NCBI GenBank assembly: GCA_049970895.1
Contig: JBMFMB010000003.1
Location: 9,121 to 73,120 of the forward strand
DNA: 64,000 bases
Reading direction: 5' to 3'
Origin: Candidatus Bathyarchaeia archaeon
GTDB lineage: Archaea > Thermoproteota > Bathyarchaeia > Bathyarchaeales > Bathycorpusculaceae
In this document: piece after piece, positions 58,131-64,000 of the stretch
How the letters are laid out: every line of letters begins with the position of its first letter
Position numbering within the stretch: position 1 is the stretch's first letter
The notes under the pieces: generated by a model
What the model was told of the DNA's origin: nothing
What the model saw: only the letters and a program-made list of their open reading frames with translations
Database searches by the model: none
Position numbers and translations under genes: made by a program

Positions 58131-59324
58131 TTGACAGCGTACAGAAGCGTGTTTAAGGACGAGGCGAAACTTGACATAAACTATGTTCCAAGCAGACTTC
58201 CTCATAGAGAGGCTGAAATGCGACTGCTCAAGGAATTTTTCAGCTTCGCGTTGACGTTTCCTGAAAGGATGGCTCAAAGGGTCCTAATAGTGGGGGATGT
58301 TGGAACTGGGAAAACAGCCCTTTCCCAAAGGTTTGGTGCAGACATAACCATGCAAGCCAAGCAGCGAGGGATAAACCTCAATTATATTCATTTGAACTGT
58401 CGCCAGTACCGAGGAAGCCTATTCCTCATACTCCACCATGCAGTTTCATTTTTCCACCCAACCTTCCCGAAACGCGGCTTTTCAGCAGAGGAGCTTCTAA
58501 ACATTTTCCTACAAGTTTTGGACGAGCAGAACGCTTACGCCATTTTAACCCTTGACGAATTTGAAAGCCTAGTTGAAAGGGAAGGAGCAGAACCAGTTTA
58601 CAAGCTTACCCGCCTACAAGAGGCAAGGCTTGGCAAGCCCCAAAGGGTTTCCCTTATATGCATATTGAAAAGTTTAAAGGCTATTGAGGGGCTTGACCCA
58701 AGCACTAGGAGCACGTTGCAGTCCAACATAATACGCCTTGAACCCTACAGCCAAGAACAACTCATAGACATTATAAACGACAGGGTTCAGCTTGCCTTCA
58801 AACCATCAACAGTTCCAGAAGAAACTGTAAGCCTCATCGCTGAACTAGCCCACTCGGAAGGCGGAAACGCCCGCTTCGCCATAGAACTCTTATGGAGGGC
58901 TGGAAAATATGCTGACGCTGAAGATTTGGGCACAGTAACGCCGGAATGCGTTAGAAAAGCAGTTTCAAGCATATACGCAATAGCTAGGAAAAGCGACATA
59001 GCCCCATTAAGCTTACACGAGAAACTCTTCTTATTGGGCGTGGCGCGTTTCTTTAAAGAAAACAGCGACAGGGCTTATGCCTCCCTAACCGAGGTAGAAA
59101 AGGCGTATGCCATTGTATGCGAAGAGTTTGATGTGCAATCCCACACCCACACGCAACTTTGGAAGTACTTGCAGACGCTTTCAGCCCTAGGCATAATCAA
59201 AAAAAGCGTTTCGTCCGCCGGTCAGCGGGGGAGAACAACGCTTATATGTCTGCCGGGGATCCCAGCGCAAGAACTGGAAAAGGAGTTAACCACCCTTTTA
59301 GAAAGCGAAACTAGAGGCAGATAA
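58131..59324 (+). CDS. cdc6: Orc1/Cdc6 replication initiator
   Basis: YVP..LPHRE, GDVGTGKT, LDEF, GNAR.AI and C-terminal wHTH (GQRGRTT). Confidence 0.93.
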   Translation: MTAYRSVFKDEAKLDINYVPSRLPHREAEMRLLKEFFSFALTFPERMAQRVLIVGDVGTGKTALSQRFGADITMQAKQRGINLNYIHLNCRQYRGSLFLILHHAVSFFHPTFPKRGFSAEELLNIFLQVLDEQNAYAILTLDEFESLVEREGAEPVYKLTRLQEARLGKPQRVSLICILKSLKAIEGLDPSTRSTLQSNIIRLEPYSQEQLIDIINDRVQLAFKPSTVPEETVSLIAELAHSEGGNARFAIELLWRAGKYADAEDLGTVTPECVRKAVSSIYAIARKSDIAPLSLHEKLFLLGVARFFKENSDRAYASLTEVEKAYAIVCEEFDVQSHTHTQLWKYLQTLSALGIIKKSVSSAGQRGRTTLICLPGIPAQELEKELTTLLESETRGR

Positions 59325-59380
59325 TGCAATAAACACATATGCATCTTTTGCAATTTATTATTTTGAACGAGTGTGACGCG

Positions 59381-59755
59381 ATGACATCTAATTGTCCCCT
59401 ATGTGCACTAGACCTTCAAAAAGAGAAAGTCTTCTATGAGGATGACTCCTTCATTGTTCTGCGAACAAAGAACCTTAAGGGACATAGGGAAAGAATCATG
59501 ATAATCTACAAGAGACATCAGCACACTATACCTTACAAGGCTTATGAACGCGCCCTAAACATAATATCCCACATTGGACGTGAAGTCTTCAAATACACGC
59601 CAAAATTCGTTATTTTGGACAGCACCTTCGCCACAATAAACGACCACTGGCACCTGGTGGCTTCAGACTTAGACCCAAAAAGCGAGGACTTCGACCAGAT
59701 TTTGGCTACGAGATGGATTAAAGTCGTAGACAACGTGTATCAAGACCAAACTTAA
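59381..59755 (+). CDS. HIT-like hypothetical protein
   Basis: CPLC, FYEDD..IV, KRH and HWHLV; TTTATTA about 24 nt upstream of ATG 59381. Confidence 0.65.
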   Translation: MTSNCPLCALDLQKEKVFYEDDSFIVLRTKNLKGHRERIMIIYKRHQHTIPYKAYERALNIISHIGREVFKYTPKFVILDSTFATINDHWHLVASDLDPKSEDFDQILATRWIKVVDNVYQDQT

Positions 59756-59785
59756 ATATGGGATGCCGCCAAACCTTCCCGCGAC

Positions 59786-60079
59786 ATGCGAATAGAAGAT
59801 GTTCTTGGAAACAGGCAGCGCATAAAAATTTTGAAAATCCTAAACCAGATGGGCGAGTTGAACGTTTCAGAAATAGCCAGAAGAATAGGCGCAAATCACA
59901 AAACAACAATGAGACATCTGAAAATCCTTGAAGATGATGGCATTCTCCAGCATAAAATGTTTGGAAGAATCCGCCTATACCGCTTTAACATAAATTCTGA
60001 AAAGGCTAAGGCTATACAAAGCTTAATTGAAAACTGGGAGAAAACTGAACAGCGCGGATTGGCTTTTCAGAACCATTAA
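59786..60079 (+). CDS. ArsR-type winged-HTH regulator
   Basis: RIKILK.L...ELNVSEIA...HLKILE..G. Confidence 0.88.
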   Translation: MRIEDVLGNRQRIKILKILNQMGELNVSEIARRIGANHKTTMRHLKILEDDGILQHKMFGRIRLYRFNINSEKAKAIQSLIENWEKTEQRGLAFQNH

Positions 60080-60126
60080 ATAATTAGGCTCGCTTTCTAA
60101 ATTCAAAGCAGGAGCCGTGATTCCGC

Positions 60127-60573
60127 GTGGCGATGGTTGACATAACTGGAAAGCCGAAAGTTTATCGTGAGGCAACAGCCACTGGAAAGATTAGGCTAAA
60201 ACCAGAAACCATAAACCTAATAAAAAGTGGAAAAGTCGAGAAGGGCGACCCATTTTATACGGCTAAGATTGCCGGAACACTGGCGGCAAAGGAAACAAGC
60301 ATCCTAATACCCTTCTGCCACCCGTTGCCCCTAACAAACGTGAAAGTTGACATCGAAATCATAAACGAATCCACCATTAAGGTTTCTTCCATGGCGAAGA
60401 CTGAAGCCCAAACAGGCGTTGAAATGGAAGCCTTGGTGGCGACAGCTATAAGCCTCCTAACAATATGGGACATGGTGAAACAGTATGAGAAAGATGCTGA
60501 GGGACAATATCCCTTCACAATCATAGAAGAAATTCGCGTTGTGAAAAAGGTTAAGGAAGAAAAGCCAAAATGA
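60127..60573 (+). CDS. moaC: Cyclic pyranopterin monophosphate synthase
   Basis: MVDI..K, LIPFCHP, TGVEMEAL and WDMVK. Confidence 0.96.
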   Translation: MAMVDITGKPKVYREATATGKIRLKPETINLIKSGKVEKGDPFYTAKIAGTLAAKETSILIPFCHPLPLTNVKVDIEIINESTIKVSSMAKTEAQTGVEMEALVATAISLLTIWDMVKQYEKDAEGQYPFTIIEEIRVVKKVKEEKPK

Positions 60574-61097
60574 GTGAAAGCACACTGAGGCATAGGGCTG
60601 AAGCTCCCAAAAAGCTCAGCTTCGGAATAGTTGTTGTTAGCACATCCCGTTATGGCATGCTGAAAAAGGGCGAAAAGGTTAAGGATGAATCCGGCGACCT
60701 AATTGAACAACTTATAAGGGATGCTGGGCACAGTGTTGCTTTTCGAAAACTCGTTCCAGATGACAGGGCGCTTATCAACGAAAGCGTAAAGCAAGCACTG
60801 AGCTCTGATGTGGACGCAGTCATCTTCTGCGGAGGAACTGGAATAGCACCTTCCGATATAACGATTGAGACTGTTTCGCCTTTCTTTGAGAAGGTTTTGC
60901 CCGGTTTTGGGGAAATTTTCCGTTTCCTAAGCTATAGTGAAATCGGTTCAGCCGCAGTTCTGTCGAGGGCTGTTGCTGGCGTGGTTAAGGGCAAGGTTTT
61001 CTTTTGTATCCCGGGTTCCATGGATGCTGTTAGGCTTTGTCTTAAAAAGCTTATATTGCCGGAGGCAGCACATATCGTTAAGCACTCGCGGGAATAA
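60570..61097 (+). CDS. moaB: Molybdopterin adenylyltransferase MoaB/MogA
   Basis: DESG, VPDD, GGTG...D.T.E, LSRA and PGS. Confidence 0.93.
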   Translation: MSESTLRHRAEAPKKLSFGIVVVSTSRYGMLKKGEKVKDESGDLIEQLIRDAGHSVAFRKLVPDDRALINESVKQALSSDVDAVIFCGGTGIAPSDITIETVSPFFEKVLPGFGEIFRFLSYSEIGSAAVLSRAVAGVVKGKVFFCIPGSMDAVRLCLKKLILPEAAHIVKHSRE

Positions 61098-61099
61098 CG

Positions 61100-62038
61100 A
61101 TGGTGCTGGTCGATAGCTATGGGCGTCCACTATTAAACCTCAGAATAGCCCTTACAAAGCCATGCAATTTGCACTGCAGTTTCTGCCACGCTGAAGGCGA
61201 AGACAAAACCGCAGAAAACACAACAGAAATGACGGCTGAAGAGGTTATACGCATTGCAAGGGTAGCCGTCAGCCTCGGCATTTCAAAGGTTAAGCTTACT
61301 GGTGGGGAACCGCTTCTCCGAAAGGATATAATGCAGATAGTCAATGGTTTAGCCTCCATACCTGGCTTGGAGGAGCTCTCAATGACAACCAATGGGACGC
61401 TGCTCGAACCACTAGCAAAAGAGCTTAGGGCAAATGGCTTAAAGCGTGTAAACATAAACCTGCCAACAATAGACGGCGAAACATACTGCAAGCTAACAGG
61501 CGGAAAACTGGAAAATGTTCTGGATGGTGTCTGGGCGGCTGTTGAGGCTGGGCTTAACCCAGTAAAGCTAAACATGCTCCTTCTGAGAGGCGTGAACGAT
61601 TCCCATGTGCTGGAAATGATTGATTTTGCAAGGGAAGTTGGAGCAGTTCTGCAACTTATTGAGCTTGAACCAATAAATATAAGCAGCGAATATTACGCCA
61701 CCTATCACAAGCCCCTAGACGAGTATGAGGAGATGTTAAGGCAGAAAGCCACAAAAGTTGAAGTCAGAAAGTACATGCAAAACCGCCGCGTATACCATTT
61801 GCCAGACGTGAAGGTTGAGATTGTCCACCCAACAGAGAACACGGATTTCTGTTGGCACTGCACCAGACTACGCATAACCAGCGACGGAAAACTCAAGCCA
61901 TGCCTAATGAGAAATGACAATACGGTGGACGTTTTAACGCCCATGCGAAATGGGGCAACAAATGAAGAACTCGTAGCACTTTTCAAAATAGCTAATCAGA
62001 GAAGACAGCCCTATAACAAGGCTAAAGTTAAATCATAA
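61100..62038 (+). CDS. moaA: GTP 3',8-cyclase (radical SAM)
   Basis: DSYGR, CNLHCSFCH, LTGGEP and FC..C.RLRIT.DG.LKPCL. Confidence 0.95.
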   Translation: MVLVDSYGRPLLNLRIALTKPCNLHCSFCHAEGEDKTAENTTEMTAEEVIRIARVAVSLGISKVKLTGGEPLLRKDIMQIVNGLASIPGLEELSMTTNGTLLEPLAKELRANGLKRVNINLPTIDGETYCKLTGGKLENVLDGVWAAVEAGLNPVKLNMLLLRGVNDSHVLEMIDFAREVGAVLQLIELEPINISSEYYATYHKPLDEYEEMLRQKATKVEVRKYMQNRRVYHLPDVKVEIVHPTENTDFCWHCTRLRITSDGKLKPCLMRNDNTVDVLTPMRNGATNEELVALFKIANQRRQPYNKAKVKS

Positions 62039-62407
62039 CAGCTTCTGGAATTCCTTTGAAATGCGGGTCCCGGTGAGCACCTTAACTTTATATTTTAGGG
62101 CGCATGCCAAAACATAGGCATCTGCAAGTCCAAAGTCCTTAACCCGCTTTTTCACTTTCGCGTGTATTTCCCCAGCTGCCCTTGAAAGTTTCCATTTATC
62201 ATTATTGAGTTGGTCGTAATAGCTTCAAAAGCAACTTCTGGATGTACTCTTTCCTAACAAATTTGCTTATTACTTCTGCCACTGTCACGGCGCAAGTGTA
62301 TATTTTGTTGTTGACATCCTCAACTATATCACGAACAACAGCGCCTCGAACACTCCCATCCAAAACTCTATCCAAGCGTAAGCGTCAACAATGTAAGAAT
62401 TATTCAT
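62028..62407 (-). pseudogene. vapC: PIN-domain VapC toxin pseudogene
   Basis: YIVDAYAWIE, TVAEV, DFGLADAYVLA and LTG/DPHF lie in different frames. Confidence 0.82.
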
Positions 62408-62595
62408 GAGCCTTCAACTCGTCTCTAACAGTGAATGGACCGACCCCTTTTGCAGCTCCAAACCAGCTTCTCCTAGGTTTTTTAACAGATATTTGAATTA
62501 TTTCGCCCTCTTCTATGCCCTCAGCTTCAACGAGTTCCTTGGGTAGCGTAATTACGAGGGAGCCTCCAAACCTTGCGAACCTTAACCATGGCCAT
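62400..62595 (-). pseudogene. AbrB/MazE-type antitoxin, apparently frameshifted near its start
   Basis: MAMVKVRKV then an extra T, then GGSLVITLPKE....GI.EGE. Confidence 0.75.
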
Positions 62596-62616
62596 GGATT
62601 ACAACCTATAATATTA

Positions 62617-62635
62617 AATATCACAATGTTATATT
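62617..62635. promoter_or_regulatory. Imperfect palindrome, candidate operator of the vapBC promoter
   Basis: AATATCACA-A-TGTTATATT. Confidence 0.45.
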
Positions 62636-62656
62636 AGCCTTTCACATTAACGGCGT

Positions 62657-63154
62657 TCATATATCAATTATCTTCGCCTCAAGCTTTTCCAAATCCAAAA
62701 GCGCAACTGTCGATTTCCCACTAAGGTAGCCGCAAACCTCGCCAGGATTCACCACCAGTGTTTTGCCGCTTCTGTAGATTTCCGGTTTGTGGGTGTGCCC
62801 GTGAACCACTATGTCGAAACCTCCACTCTCGATTATGGCTTTCAAAAGTTCATCTTCGCTTCCATGGAGTAAAGCAATTTTTACCTTTCCAACGTTTATT
62901 TCTGCAAAGTTTCCCCGAATTTCCAGGTTTGCATTTTCGCTGAACCTTTTCTTTAAGAGTTCTCTGTCTCCGTCATTGTTGCCAAAAACTCCTATTAGCC
63001 TAGCTTTTAAATCCCTAAATTTTGGTATAACGAAAGGTGCAACATAATCCCCTGCGTGAAGAACCATCTCAACCTTTCCTTCATTAAGCTTTTTTATGGC
63101 CTTTTCCACCATGGGCAGGTTATCATGCGTGTCAGCCATTACCCCGACCAACAT
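62657..63154 (-). CDS. Metallophosphoesterase (YfcE/MJ0936 family)
   Basis: DTHD, HAGD, GNND, HG, HGHTH and NPGE. Confidence 0.93.
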   Translation of the reverse strand: MLVGVMADTHDNLPMVEKAIKKLNEGKVEMVLHAGDYVAPFVIPKFRDLKARLIGVFGNNDGDRELLKKRFSENANLEIRGNFAEINVGKVKIALLHGSEDELLKAIIESGGFDIVVHGHTHKPEIYRSGKTLVVNPGEVCGYLSGKSTVALLDLEKLEAKIIDI

Positions 63155-63332
63155 TTTCCATTCGCCCCCTTCAGGCAGTTCTCTGCGTTGAGATTAAAGG
63201 TTTTTCCCTTATAGAAGTTTATTCTAGAGAATATTTCGATAATTGTAATAGTGGTTTGTGGGAAACACCGCTTAAAACGCTCCATCACCTCTTTTATCGT
63301 TAGAAGGCTTGTGGAAGAGGAATATTGTGGAA

Positions 63333-63677
63333 ATGAATGTTTGGGACTCCAACCCACCCCAAAAGAGGAGAGACAAACTATATATAATTGCCGAAATTTT
63401 AGACATAGCTAAAGATGGCGTTTTAAAAACTCAGATTATGTATAGGGCTAACTTGAGTTTTACACAGCTTAACGATTATTTGGAGTTTATGCTTAAAGTC
63501 AACCTTATCGACAAAATTGTTGAGAGGGATAAGGAGATTTATAAGGCAACGCCTAAGGGTTTAGACTTTCTCCAACGCTACCGCGAGTTAACGGGGCTTC
63601 TTAAGTCTGAAAATAATAATGGTAAAAATAACGTTAAGGTTCCGCCGCCACACCTTTTGAAAAGAAACCACGTTTAG
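63333..63677 (+). CDS. Winged-HTH transcriptional regulator (COG3432 type)
   Basis: RRDKLYIIAEIL...KTQIMYRANLSF...TPKG. Confidence 0.9.
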   Translation: MNVWDSNPPQKRRDKLYIIAEILDIAKDGVLKTQIMYRANLSFTQLNDYLEFMLKVNLIDKIVERDKEIYKATPKGLDFLQRYRELTGLLKSENNNGKNNVKVPPPHLLKRNHV

Positions 63678-63811
63678 AGCTGTTTGGGTTCTCGCCTTTG
63701 TTTTTGCTCTTCAATGTAAGCCTTGACCTTTTCTCTCAATGTTGGAAACTCTTCCAACATGGCCTTTATAACTTGCCAGCGGATTTCATCGTTTTCTGTT
63801 CTTTTGCTCAA
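63674..63811 (-). CDS. Small helical hypothetical protein (45 aa)
   Basis: TTG-SKRTENDEIRWQVIKAMLEEFPTLREKVKAYIEEQKQRREPKQL*; TTTATAA box upstream; below the ORF-track cutoff. Confidence 0.5.
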   Translation of the reverse strand: MSKRTENDEIRWQVIKAMLEEFPTLREKVKAYIEEQKQRREPKQL

Positions 63812-63901
63812 TTAAATCCCAAATATTACGTAGCAATACACATTATAAACTTTTACTCCCAAAACTAACATATAAACAAAAAATGAGATGGAAAGGGAAG
63901 A

Positions 63902-64000
63902 TTACTTTACGGCTAATATGTTAATGGGTTTTTTGAGCAATTTGATAGCGGTCACGGCAACGCCAATAACAACGGTGGCGCCTATTAAAACCCATAGCAT
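63902..64000 (-). CDS. 3' end of a membrane-anchored protein entering from the right edge
   Basis: MLWVLIGATVVIGVAVTAIKLLKKPINILAVK*: TM helix plus basic tail. Confidence 0.5.
   Translation of the reverse strand: MLWVLIGATVVIGVAVTAIKLLKKPINILAVK

Noticed and set aside
63245-63310. Possible riboswitch in the wHTH 5' region (GTG-GGAAA-CAC)
   Set aside because: Only a 3-bp stem; no known aptamer consensus recognised

Overview
Gene-dense archaeal chromosomal window, most consistent with Bathyarchaeia (TACK): L13e, L15e and L38e, Pop5/Rpp30, geranylgeranyl reductase, Cdc6/Orc1, archaeal SRP RNA and a five-subunit CODH/ACS all occur. In order it holds a ParB/SerK-like domain fused to an O-phosphoserine sulfhydrylase, two tRNAs, a C/D box sRNA, and an RNase P/r-protein cluster with a putative eL15 leader. 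Next come an asnC/asparagine synthetase divergon, a patch of decayed genes, a type IV pilus locus with a large adhesin, and a HEPN-MNT fusion. These are followed by an F420/pterin cofactor cluster, two deoxyhypusine synthase paralogs, cooC-cooC-cdhABCDE-cooT, and a sugar block (fba, PPi- and ATP-type PFK, GH1 pseudogene, galT, debranching enzyme, tpiA). The window ends with cdc6, moaCBA and a decayed vapBC. No CRISPR array, rRNA, transposase or integrase was seen. The most notable signals are the dual-guide C/D sRNA with its own anti-guide, the tandem DHS pair, the single-chain HEPN-MNT, a TGM-like operator at fba, and the SerK-like/OPSS fusion. All calls come from reading motifs by eye; no database search was run.
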